Shown here one piece after another: positions 7,644-17,600 of a stretch of DNA of 64,000 nt. Position numbers and translations under genes: made by a program. Each line of letters begins with the position of its first letter. Positions within the stretch are counted from its first letter, which is position 1. The notes beneath the pieces are model-generated. The model made no database searches, was not told the DNA's origin, and worked only from the letters and a program-made list of their open reading frames with translations. Source of the stretch: an uncultured virus (IMG/VR IMGVR_UViG_3300035520_000621) (taxonomy: Duplodnaviria; Heunggongvirae; Uroviricota; Caudoviricetes); the IMG/VR virus record IMGVR_UViG_3300035520_000621; one strand, given 5' to 3'.

Positions 7644-7654
7644 ATACCTTGGTA

Positions 7655-8038
7655 TTAGCTGCGGACTGCCGTTGCTGTCTTACATTGCCATGCTCCTGCT
7701 TGCGCTGACAATGTATTAGCCAAATCAAGAAATTCAATCTCACGCTTCACGGACACTACGGGTGCGCCCTTTACGGTACGCGCCTGCACGAGTTGGCGCA
7801 TCGTCATTTTGACGGAAGTCATGCGGACGATAAGCAACTCAATCGCCATGAGCCTCTTTTGGAGGTCTTGCGTGGTGATAGCCATGACAATCGCGTCGAG
7901 GGTAGTCTTGATGTCACGTATCATGTCACCACCAAGGATTTGGAAGGGCAGGGACTTTGGGAGTCGCGAGGTTAGGGCGATTGCCCATTGAAGCAGTCGC
8001 TCCGCCACGCGATAGATTGGAAGTTGTGCAGGTTTCAT
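7655..8038 (-). CDS. avd: DGR accessory variability determinant (four-helix bundle)
   Basis: 127-aa basic helical ORF (QLPIY...LPK...LG) between target gene and TR/RT. Confidence 0.85.
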   Translation of the reverse strand: MKPAQLPIYRVAERLLQWAIALTSRLPKSLPFQILGGDMIRDIKTTLDAIVMAITTQDLQKRLMAIELLIVRMTSVKMTMRQLVQARTVKGAPVVSVKREIEFLDLANTLSAQAGAWQCKTATAVRS

Positions 8039-8084
8039 TTTTATACGGATTGATTGATGAAGTTTAAATGTTAATATTTGGGGC

Positions 8085-8102
8085 GCGGTCTGAAAAGACC
8101 GC
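8085..8102. promoter_or_regulatory. DGR target-recognition hairpin/cruciform downstream of VR
   Basis: GCGGTCT-GAAA-AGACCGC: perfect 7-bp stem, 4-nt loop, 11 nt past the target stop codon. Confidence 0.85.
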
Positions 8103-8113
8103 TTGTTAATTAA

Positions 8114-11100
8114 TTAGAATGCTGCCACCGCCCTCACCGCGCCAGTGAGACCCTTGCTGTAGTAGCCGATGCTCGCTGATGAGAAGCTCGCGTACCATGC
8201 GTAGCTCTGCGAATAGGACGATGATGTCCAATACCAAGCGTTGCTGAGCACGGAAAAACGTGAGGCAGCGAATGGTTTAGCAAAGATAGCATTTTCTACG
8301 GAATTATCATAACCTTTTGCATGATAAAACAACAAGCGTCCTGCTTCGCCGCCGGAAGGTAAGAACCACATACCCGCACGGAATTTGTCCGCTAACGTTT
8401 CGCTTGCCTTAACCGTAGGTTCGTAGGCGGCACAGAGTGATGCGGCGGGGTAATAGTACTCGTTGCCGTTGCTGATTTGCTTGTCTACAGCGGTCATTAG
8501 CAGTTCAAGGTTGGCGTACAGCGACATCCCGCTTGTGGCTGCGGGTACGGGCAGATTTACGCCGCTATCGGTCAAGATTTTGTCGCGGTGCTTGACGATT
8601 TTCAGAGTGTTGGCACGACCCCACGGAAGTTTCTCACCCGTAGCGTAACCGGGCAAGTCAAGTTCGATTGCGTAGCGTCCGAGTTCACCAAGTGCGTATT
8701 TACTGTTCGGTACAACGGCAAAGCCGTCGGGTTGTGACGAGTCGATGTATGCCGAGTTTTTCGGCTGCGGTGAGCCGCTCTCTTTGTTTACCAACCCCGC
8801 GACGTCCTTGCATGAGTATGCGGGGTCGTCTGTCAGTGTCGGGTTGTTGTTATAAAGACCCCACTTGCGATTGCTCTGAATGTCGGAAAGTGCCACCATT
8901 AGGCGGTCTGCCTTGTCGTTGGGGTTGATGTAGAAGCAAATACCGATAACGGTCTTGCCCGTATCGAGAATGTCGGAACTTGTGCCGTCATAGTAGACGT
9001 AATCACCTACGGCACAATCGCGCTGATAGAAGTACACCGTTGCCGATGCGGTCAGCTTGGTGTCGTCCGACATTGTGACTTCCACCGTAGCTACGGCACT
9101 CGGCTTGTCGTCTGACGTGCCTACCTTACTGACTGTGATAACGCCCGTGGCTGCATCTATCGTAGCGTAGTCGTTCTTGGCGAGCGTCCACTTCACTGCC
9201 TTAAAGGTATTGCCGTTGGTGACGTTAGGCACAACTTCAAGTGAGTACGTGCCTATCGCGCCATAGTAGTTCGCGCCCGATACGGTGACGGAAGTAAACG
9301 CTATCTGCTTGTATGATACGTACAGCGCGTTATCCGTGGAGTCTACGTTGCCCCATGCGGCGAGCATCTTGGCTTTCAGAGGTGCGCCCACTACGGCATC
9401 ACTTGCCATTGCAATCACGCCCGTAAGTTCCGCGCCGATGTCGGCAAGTTTCTCAACGGTGTCGGCTGTCACGTCCGACCAATTTGCGCCCGTGATTTTC
9501 ACGGTTTCGAGGTCTGTGGCGTTGTCGATAGCCGCCACAACGATAGGCTGCGGATTGAGTGACGGACAATCTGTAATGACGATTGATGAGATGTTCTTGT
9601 AGCCTTGGATTTCCACATCAAAGAGATTGCGACAGCCGTTGAAATTGATTTTTGTCAAAGTCGCAGGAAGTGCAACGGTGAGAAGTGTATCGGTAGCGGG
9701 TACGGTCAGCAAAGTCACTGACGTGTCGCGCAGGTCTACGTTTTCAATTTGCTCCGAGCTGATTGCGATTTCAGTAGCTACGTTAGGGCAGTTGCAGATA
9801 ACGAGTTCTTTCAGCGCGATGCTGTTGCTGATTTTGGCAACGTTGTCATTGAGCTGAGTGTTGGGCGTTGCGCTGTCGGAATAGTCCACGATAAGACGTT
9901 CAAGACGCTTGCAGTTTTCGAGGTTGTTGATACGGATACCACCGTCGGCAAGGTCTTGCAAACCGTGTGTAGTCTTAACACCGTCCTCTTCACTGTACGA
10001 GCTGATTTCAGTAATTAAGTCGGCATCATAGACGGTCACAGTTGTTTCGGTGTATTGCACGCCCTTTGTTGAGGCGAAATAGCTCGGCGAGTTGGGCGTG
10101 ATTGCGCGTTGGGTATTGGTACCGCCCGCACCCCAATTCATAGAGGCATACAGCGGATAAGCGTATTTGACGCATAAGCCGTTGCCGACCGCGCTGCCCC
10201 ACAGACGAAATTCAAGAGGCTTGGAGTTGTTCGCACCACACTTGCTGTCAAAGTAGCGTTGACGGTATTTGAGATAGTGCCGCATGACTTCGCGCTTGTC
10301 ACCGTGTGCCATGTCGAATTTGCCCGTATTGGCATAGCCCATTCCGTCAGCGTTATAGAGTGCCTCACACCATTGCGACCAAAACGAATTGTACAGCGAC
10401 CACATATCGCTCTCGTTAAGTCCTGCCGTTTGCATTGCGGCATACATCGTATTGATGTCGCTTCCCCATGCTTGCGCTACGCAATCCCACAACCCCGACA
10501 AACGCCCATTAAATACCGCCTCGCCTGCTGTTGTTACAACTGAGTATGTGCTGCCGTTGTAGGTTTCGCCCGACACTACGCCCGTGGTTTCCGTACCGCT
10601 GTCGTAGCTGTCGCCCCACTCGTGATATACCTTGAATGTCAACGCACCCGAATTGTTGTAGCGGAAGCCGGTATCTGAGTCACGTTGAGCAAAACGAGCA
10701 AGCGGCTTGCCTGATGCGGTGTTCTCGAACACGATAGTCATGTTCTTATCCATTGAGTCTGTTCCCAACGTGTAGGTGAAATAGATAAAGTAGAACAGCG
10801 CGGACTCTTTGACGAGATAGTCGGCATATTCGGCGTTGAACTTGGCAATGCGGTATTCGGGGGTGTCGCGGTCATACGTCACAGAGCCATAGGTTACGGA
10901 CTGCGCCAAACGGCGATATTCGCCCTGCCCTGTTTCGGCTTCCGTTTTCAGATAGTAGCGTTTTGCGATAGTGGGGTTGCACGAATACACCCAATTGTGA
11001 AAGCGTCGCAACCATTGTGTTTCCGACCTCGCGAGGTCTACCTGTGTTTCTGACTTGGCAACACCGTACTTGCGCCCCGTGCCGTCGGGAGAATAGCGCG

Positions 11101-13864
11101 GGAAACGTGCGTAGTACAGTCCTGTTGCGCGGTCTACCCATTCACCGTTTACCCATTCGCCCTCGGCAAGCTCTTCTGAGAAGAAGTTGACGTTATCCTC
11201 AACTTCCCATGCCTCGTCTGCCCCACTATTGTCCATGCCGAAGTAGTACGGGTCATACTTGTTGTTAATGAAGTTGTAGATAGACAGAAAGCGCAGCGAT
11301 GCAGCACCGTTGTTGTAGGTGCGCAGATAGCCGATTTCGGGGAAGCCCGACAGCGATTGTCGATAGGTGATGTCTTGCCCTGCGGCTTGCTGTGCCGCTT
11401 GCTTCTCGGTGAGTAAGTTGGGATAAACCTTTGCCGCGCTGAGCAAGATGCTGTGGTAAGCATTGGCGGTGAGAATGTTGAAGATGCCCTCTGATGAAGC
11501 GAAGTTGACCTTATCCACAAACTCTTGTGCCGATGCCGTTACGCCGTTGGCAATTGCATATCCCGTGATTGTCAGCTTTGTGCCGTCTGGGAAATTGACT
11601 TGCCATTGCGTATTGTTGTAGTACATATAGTGGTCAGCCCAATTCTTGTAGGGGTCGGGGTATGACAGTGATGATGTACCGTCAAGTGATACGCCGTGGT
11701 TGGTGCAAGTGAATGACGCTCTTGCCAAGTCCGATGTATCAGTGCCGTTATCCCATGCAGGATTAACAAACTCCGTATTGCACGGCACGTAGGTCTTTTT
11801 GTCGGGTGGCGTCGTTTCCATTTCCCAAATCTTGTAGGGAGTGTTTGGTAATGCTGTCAGCACCTTGTTGAAGTCTACCTCGTTGCTGCTGTTCAGAATG
11901 TCGTTGCGCTGTGCGATAGCGATTTTATCGTCAAGATTGGGCGTGTCGTAGGCGTAGTTACCCATCATCTGACGGTAGTTGAGCGATTTGTCGTAGCACC
12001 GTGCGGTGTAAAACACCACGTCGCAATCTTCCGAACCGATTGTGATAGGTTGTGGCTTGCTCTGTCGCCATGTCGCGCTCTTGTAATCCGCCATGCGCAC
12101 AATCACACCGTTGAGATAGATGTAAGCGATATTGGCATAGGTCGTTTCGGGGTCTTTGCCCACGAGTTGGTTGACGCACGTTGTGGTCGTTCCGTCGATG
12201 CAGAAGCCTACGCGCACACGCTGCTCATCGCTGTATATCGTTTCAATCTTGCCCGATGTGCCGCAGTACAACTCAATGCGGTTGGCGTACAGCACGAAGC
12301 CAACGTTGTTGTACAGACACTCGGCAATCTTGGTGTCGGCATCCACACAGTTCTGCGCTTGTAGTTCGAGTTCTATGGTCTTGCCCGTCTTGTCTGCTGC
12401 CGCCGTAGCGTTCGCGCCGCAGTCCGTAGCAAACGGATAGAAGCCGTCTAAGGTGATATATTTGCCTGCTTTGACAACGAATGTATCATTGATAAAGCCG
12501 TTACTGCTGTTGAGCTGTAAGTTGTCGCTGTACTTGACGGTGCAAGTTGTTTGACCGTTGTATTCCGAGTGCCAATTCTGTGCGTCCGAGTCAGCGTTGG
12601 TGCGCCCTACCGCAGACAGATACACTTTACACTCTGATGCGGCTTCCAATGTTACGCCCGCGTCCGCTACGAGCAACGTTGTTGATGCCGTTGCGTCACC
12701 TACAAGAACGTCAACATTGAGCTGACCGAGGTCGAGGTATGACGTTTCGCCCGCGGTGATACGCACTTCCTGCATACCCGAAGTGCCGTCGGCTGCAAGT
12801 GTAATGCTCTGCGTTGACGGTGAGAACAGCAACTCACCCGTAAGCGGTGAATATACGCCGAAGCGCACCGTAACGGTGTTGCCTGCGTTGTTGGGGTCGT
12901 ACAAGAAGTAGGCGATTGATGCCGTGCCGTACAATTTGACCGAGGTGTCGGAATTGCGCCCGATACATACGCTTGGCGTTGTCAGACCCGCTTTAATGAA
13001 GCGCGTTGTAATGGTGTCGGTGGTGATGCCGTACTCGGTGTTTTCAGCGTAGACCGCTATTGTGTGAACACCGCCCGCAAGCGAGCCGTCCGAGTCGATT
13101 GTGAAGTCATTCGTCGAGTTGGTGATTGTTGACGTGGCGACTTCCTCACCGTCTACCATTAAGTGTACCAATGCCGTTACACCGCTACATCTGGCGCGGA
13201 ACATCCACCCATTCACGTCTGCCGAGTGCAGCACAGACTCATCATAGCCGTCAGCCAACGACAGCACAATTTCCAATGCACGTATCGTAAACGTCCATGT
13301 GCGCGACTTACCATGCTGATTACCAACTTCGAGCTTGACCGTATTCGTTTCCTGCGTCAGGTATTTTCCGAGGTCGATACTGTACTCGTTGCCACCTGCC
13401 GCCAACGATAGCGACAACTCCGATACTTCCGTGTTGTTGATAGTGACCTTGGCGTAGCCGTTCTGTGGGTCGAGGTCTGTCGTATCGCCACCGTAATAGC
13501 AGTTGTACGTAAACTTCAACACATTGCTCGACCCCTTAACCATATCCGTATCGGGATTTTGCGTTATGCGCGTTGACAGGGTGTAGTCTGCGCTTGTTGC
13601 TCCCGAAGAATAGAACTGTACGCTTGCCAACACAAGCGACTCGTTGGCTGTCGGGTCTTTCTCATACGCTTCCTTGCTATCGGTATCAGCAAAGGCGCGT
13701 AACGTGGTCAGACCGTTGTCGTCACTCGTCAACAGCCAATCGCCATGCTTCTTGCTGTCAAGATTTTGCAAGAACTGTTTCAGATACGCCTCGATGCGCG
13801 AGCCGAGGTAGCCCTCCCACTCCGTATCTAAGCTCTCAATAGGCTTGTCAATTTCGTTTGCCAT
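8114..13864 (-). CDS. DGR target: 1916-aa tail-associated/receptor-binding protein with C-terminal CLec-type domain
   Basis: WFLPSGGE...WYWTSS...AW...VRAV C-terminus, LRR-like and Ig-like stretches; last gene of the tail module. Confidence 0.9.
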   Translation of the reverse strand: MANEIDKPIESLDTEWEGYLGSRIEAYLKQFLQNLDSKKHGDWLLTSDDNGLTTLRAFADTDSKEAYEKDPTANESLVLASVQFYSSGATSADYTLSTRITQNPDTDMVKGSSNVLKFTYNCYYGGDTTDLDPQNGYAKVTINNTEVSELSLSLAAGGNEYSIDLGKYLTQETNTVKLEVGNQHGKSRTWTFTIRALEIVLSLADGYDESVLHSADVNGWMFRARCSGVTALVHLMVDGEEVATSTITNSTNDFTIDSDGSLAGGVHTIAVYAENTEYGITTDTITTRFIKAGLTTPSVCIGRNSDTSVKLYGTASIAYFLYDPNNAGNTVTVRFGVYSPLTGELLFSPSTQSITLAADGTSGMQEVRITAGETSYLDLGQLNVDVLVGDATASTTLLVADAGVTLEAASECKVYLSAVGRTNADSDAQNWHSEYNGQTTCTVKYSDNLQLNSSNGFINDTFVVKAGKYITLDGFYPFATDCGANATAAADKTGKTIELELQAQNCVDADTKIAECLYNNVGFVLYANRIELYCGTSGKIETIYSDEQRVRVGFCIDGTTTTCVNQLVGKDPETTYANIAYIYLNGVIVRMADYKSATWRQSKPQPITIGSEDCDVVFYTARCYDKSLNYRQMMGNYAYDTPNLDDKIAIAQRNDILNSSNEVDFNKVLTALPNTPYKIWEMETTPPDKKTYVPCNTEFVNPAWDNGTDTSDLARASFTCTNHGVSLDGTSSLSYPDPYKNWADHYMYYNNTQWQVNFPDGTKLTITGYAIANGVTASAQEFVDKVNFASSEGIFNILTANAYHSILLSAAKVYPNLLTEKQAAQQAAGQDITYRQSLSGFPEIGYLRTYNNGAASLRFLSIYNFINNKYDPYYFGMDNSGADEAWEVEDNVNFFSEELAEGEWVNGEWVDRATGLYYARFPRYSPDGTGRKYGVAKSETQVDLARSETQWLRRFHNWVYSCNPTIAKRYYLKTEAETGQGEYRRLAQSVTYGSVTYDRDTPEYRIAKFNAEYADYLVKESALFYFIYFTYTLGTDSMDKNMTIVFENTASGKPLARFAQRDSDTGFRYNNSGALTFKVYHEWGDSYDSGTETTGVVSGETYNGSTYSVVTTAGEAVFNGRLSGLWDCVAQAWGSDINTMYAAMQTAGLNESDMWSLYNSFWSQWCEALYNADGMGYANTGKFDMAHGDKREVMRHYLKYRQRYFDSKCGANNSKPLEFRLWGSAVGNGLCVKYAYPLYASMNWGAGGTNTQRAITPNSPSYFASTKGVQYTETTVTVYDADLITEISSYSEEDGVKTTHGLQDLADGGIRINNLENCKRLERLIVDYSDSATPNTQLNDNVAKISNSIALKELVICNCPNVATEIAISSEQIENVDLRDTSVTLLTVPATDTLLTVALPATLTKINFNGCRNLFDVEIQGYKNISSIVITDCPSLNPQPIVVAAIDNATDLETVKITGANWSDVTADTVEKLADIGAELTGVIAMASDAVVGAPLKAKMLAAWGNVDSTDNALYVSYKQIAFTSVTVSGANYYGAIGTYSLEVVPNVTNGNTFKAVKWTLAKNDYATIDAATGVITVSKVGTSDDKPSAVATVEVTMSDDTKLTASATVYFYQRDCAVGDYVYYDGTSSDILDTGKTVIGICFYINPNDKADRLMVALSDIQSNRKWGLYNNNPTLTDDPAYSCKDVAGLVNKESGSPQPKNSAYIDSSQPDGFAVVPNSKYALGELGRYAIELDLPGYATGEKLPWGRANTLKIVKHRDKILTDSGVNLPVPAATSGMSLYANLELLMTAVDKQISNGNEYYYPAASLCAAYEPTVKASETLADKFRAGMWFLPSGGEAGRLLFYHAKGYDNSVENAIFAKPFAASRFSVLSNAWYWTSSSYSQSYAWYASFSSASIGYYSKGLTGAVRAVAAF
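8121..8226 (-). repeat. DGR variable repeat (VR)
   Basis: Encodes SSSYSQSYAWYASFSSASIGYYSKGLTGAVRAVAA; TR equivalent is SSSYSQSNAWYANFSSANINNNNKGNTNAVRAVAA. Confidence 0.97.
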
Positions 13865-13884
13865 ATTTGTGTTTTATTGGGTTA

Positions 13885-14052
13885 TTATTTCCACTTATCA
13901 CTCCCTTTCCACACGCGGTTGCTGCGCCATACGCCGCTGCCAAAACAGCTGCTGATAGCTTCGTAGATTTTGACCGCACCGCGCCACATTGCTGCTACCG
14001 CCTTGCCGCCGACCGTGAGCCGACTGACTTTCTTATCACCTATCCACAGCAT
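13885..14052 (-). CDS. 55-aa hypothetical tail-region protein (missing from the ORF track)
   Basis: MLWIGDKKVSRLTVGGKAVAAMWRGAVKIYEAISSCFGSGVWRSNRVWKGSDKWK; ATG overlaps the upstream TGA (TGATG). Confidence 0.8.
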   Translation of the reverse strand: MLWIGDKKVSRLTVGGKAVAAMWRGAVKIYEAISSCFGSGVWRSNRVWKGSDKWK

Positions 14053-14636
14053 CACTCCGACTCCGCTACGTAATAGATTTGTCCTTCAACTGCCATACCT
14101 GCGTCAATCATCTGCTGCATTGCGTCCTCAGACTCAACTTCGATAGGTGTCAGCAGACTTACCGAGGTGATTGCTGCGCGTTCCGCAGGTGTCAGCCCTA
14201 CGCGCACCATTTTATTGCCCGACGTGAAGTGATACAAGCGCAAGCCCGTTGTCGCCACGGCTGTGCCGTTATTTGTCGCACTGTCCTCGATGAATAGGCA
14301 ATCTGTGCGCGGTCGCAGCGTTGTCGCCATATACTCGGAGAATGTCGTCCAATTGGCATAGTAGTTGACAACTAAGCCGCTTTCAACGCGATAGTAGAAG
14401 CGTTTATACACCGTGGAATACACTACCGTACCCTCTACGGTCGAGGTGTTTGCTGTGGCGTTGGTGACGATTACGGGGCTGCTATCTGTGGCAAACCCTG
14501 CGAACTCGATAACGTTGCTTGGCACTGCGTCGAGCAATGTGCCGATAGTTACGCTCTTGTTCTCGCCTGCCAACGCTGTTGGAATTACATAGTCACGGTC
14601 TATCGCCGTGAGCTGTGTCAAGTTGCTTATTTTCAT
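14052..14636 (-). CDS. Hypothetical tail-region protein
   Basis: 194-aa ORF, MKISNL start, co-oriented with tail genes. Confidence 0.75.
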   Translation of the reverse strand: MKISNLTQLTAIDRDYVIPTALAGENKSVTIGTLLDAVPSNVIEFAGFATDSSPVIVTNATANTSTVEGTVVYSTVYKRFYYRVESGLVVNYYANWTTFSEYMATTLRPRTDCLFIEDSATNNGTAVATTGLRLYHFTSGNKMVRVGLTPAERAAITSVSLLTPIEVESEDAMQQMIDAGMAVEGQIYYVAESE

Positions 14637-14645
14637 TGTCGTAGA

Positions 14646-17600
14646 TTATTTTGAGGCAATAATTGCATTTGCTGTACCATATGTTTCCCATACAACGCAC
14701 TCATCTATTCCATTTACGTTTAATACGCAACGCAAGCTGATACATTGATTTTGTCTAAGATATGTCGAACTGTGCGATGTCGCGCCCACCGCAGACGCGC
14801 AATCTATCGTAATAGTTGCTACGGAGTAGTTGTAAATTGTGAGCGTTGTTCCAATATAGGAGCGGACTTGTTCAAGATACTCGTCAGTGTAGGATGCGTC
14901 ATTCTCAAACACGGGCATCTGTATCGTGTAGAATATCATCGTATCCGAGTTGAATTTGGTAGTAGTATCTTTGAAAATAATTCGGTTGGCGCACTTGCTG
15001 AGATTTAGTTTGTAATAGGTTCGGTTCACCGCCGAGAAGTACGATTTTGTCATGTAGTCTAAGTAGTTGTCGGGTGTGATGACTGTGGTGTCATTGGTGA
15101 CAATTCCTTTGAATACGCCTTTATTCGCTCTAACATTGCCCGTCATTAGGTCTACGGAGAAGTTAGGCTCGAACAATTCCATTGAGCCGTCAAACTCTGC
15201 ATAACTGCCATCATCTTCGTACACTACGGGGGAAGGGTATTTGCTCCATGCGCTCAACCAACCGCCCGTTGTGCTTTCCGCTATGGGTTTTGCAGCTTGG
15301 ATGTCGCGAATTTGAAAAGCATACAAGCTAATAGTGTTACCCTCGGTTGAACTTGTATCGAACACAATCTTTTGCGGCGTAGACCAAGACCCCGAATTGG
15401 TGCGAGTAATCAGCCATAGCACATCATCATTGCTGCTGCGTTCCTGCGGAATTACAGACCAACCGACAGGCGTAGTGCCGTTAAGTTCTACGGAAGGTGT
15501 GTCGTCCTCGTCTTTGGTAATCAAGAAACGCGCCTCTACCGTATCGCCGTTGTACGTGCCGTTAATCAGTTGTATGTCTGTATAGCTATAATTTTTGACC
15601 GCCGTACTGCCAACTTTCGTTCCCTCTGCTTTGCTCATCCACATATTCTTCATTACGCGACGTGTTCCTTTCTGCGAGAACATATAATCGCCGCTGAATA
15701 CTGCCGATGCCAACTTTGCGAAGTTAGCCATTAGCAACTCGGTAAATACCGCGTTGAACTGTTGGAATTTAGCCCAACTTGGATTGCTACTGTTAGCGTA
15801 GTCCGATGCAGGGTCGCCATTCGCTGCCGCTTCGCCGCAATACGTCTTATTGGGTAGTAGGTAATAGTAGCTGTTGAGGTATAACACAAACGGCGACAGC
15901 GTTCCCGTTGAGGTGTATTCGGTTGCGCTGTTGTACACGCCTGCGGGGTATAGCATATTGCCGATTTGTCCTCTCTCGCCTGCCGCACCTGCTTCACCTT
16001 GTTTGCCTTGTTCACCCTTGTCGCCTTTCGCTCCGTCGGCTACGAGTGTAACTGTCTCACGCGCGATTTCCGTTTCTGTCGTTGTGTCGGCTTTTTTCAA
16101 GATGAAGTCAAACTGCGTCTTTGTGTCAACAGTAATGCTGCCGCCACTCGTCCAATATGCCTTCTCGTTATTGCTGTAAACAATACTAACTTCGAGGTTA
16201 TCTTTAGATGTTCCATTGGTGATTTCAATCGCGTCGCTGTCACTTTGACTGATACCCTTAACGTACAACTTTAAGTTTGCATCTCTGAGCAATGTGCGCG
16301 TATCGAGTTTGTCCGTCTTACTGCCGTAGGTCTGAACCACGTATGCCGTTACTGTCTTACTGATAGCGTACACTTCACCCGAAGCGGTCACGCGCACTGT
16401 CTGCGGTGACACTACAAGCTGATAGGTGGTTGAGCCGATACCATCCTCGCCCTTGTCACCCTTGTCGCCTTTTTCACCGTCCTTGCCGTCTTTGCCGTCC
16501 TCGCCATTGATGCGCACGGGCGTGGACCACGTTGTTCCGTCTTTGAGCTTGCCGTTGACCTTGACAGCGGTTATCATCCAAATGTATTGCTGTATAGAGC
16601 TGTCGTAATCGAGATAATACGGTGTATCTCTCCATCCACTACCGGGGTTGTCGGAAGTTGCATTATAAGCCACTAAATCGCCTGCTTTTGCGGCTTGGTA
16701 CTTGAAGTCAGTGTATTCGCCATTTTCGCCATCCTCGGCTGTGCATTGTACGGGGGCAGACCAATAATCGCCGTTGCTGTCTTTCTTTGGCAAGCTCGTA
16801 GTGCCGTCAATAGTCGCCTTAGACATATACCATACGCCCTCTGCTGTCGGAGCGTCAGACCAACCGTCGGGAATAGTCTTGTCGCTGTCTGTCGGCTGTG
16901 TGGGTATGCCGTCAGCGTCTGCCGCCTTAAACACGTAGCTAACCCAATCGGCTGTGATGCCGTTGGCTACAAAAGGAACGGTGACGGTTTGCAGTGTAGC
17001 AGCGTACCGACCGTCATAGCCTTTCATGAGGTTAAACGTGACGTATTCCCACGCCTTTGTCGCTGATACCGTAACGGGTTTATCAGAGTCGCCATCAAGT
17101 ATTAGCGCGGTCTTTTTGCCGTTAAGCGAATATATTACCTCAATGTAATAACAATATGCTTCCTCTTGGGTATATTCGCTGTCAATTTCTTCAACCGCGC
17201 CATTACCCGTTTGGTGCATTATTCGTGCTGTGATATTGATAACGCTGCTGTCGCCATAATTATCTACGTTGACGCTCGTGGGATTGACTACAAGCCAATA
17301 GTTTTCTGCGTCTGCGCCATTTTCGCCCTTGATTTTGGCAACAACCCATTCCGACCAATCGCCGTTAGCCGACTTCGAGCAAGTAGCCATCCATACGGCA
17401 TCCTCCGTGGCGTCATTGCTCCACTCTGTGTTGGTGTTCGGGTGTCCTTGCGGTGCGCTGTCGTACTTGGCTTTGGTGCAATACTCAACGTCAAAGTCGG
17501 CAGAGTCAGCCAACACTGCGGGCGTAGTCCATGTGTCCTCTTGCGGTGACGCACCGTCCGAAGTAAAACGGCGGTGTGAATACCATAACTTGGCTGTGCC

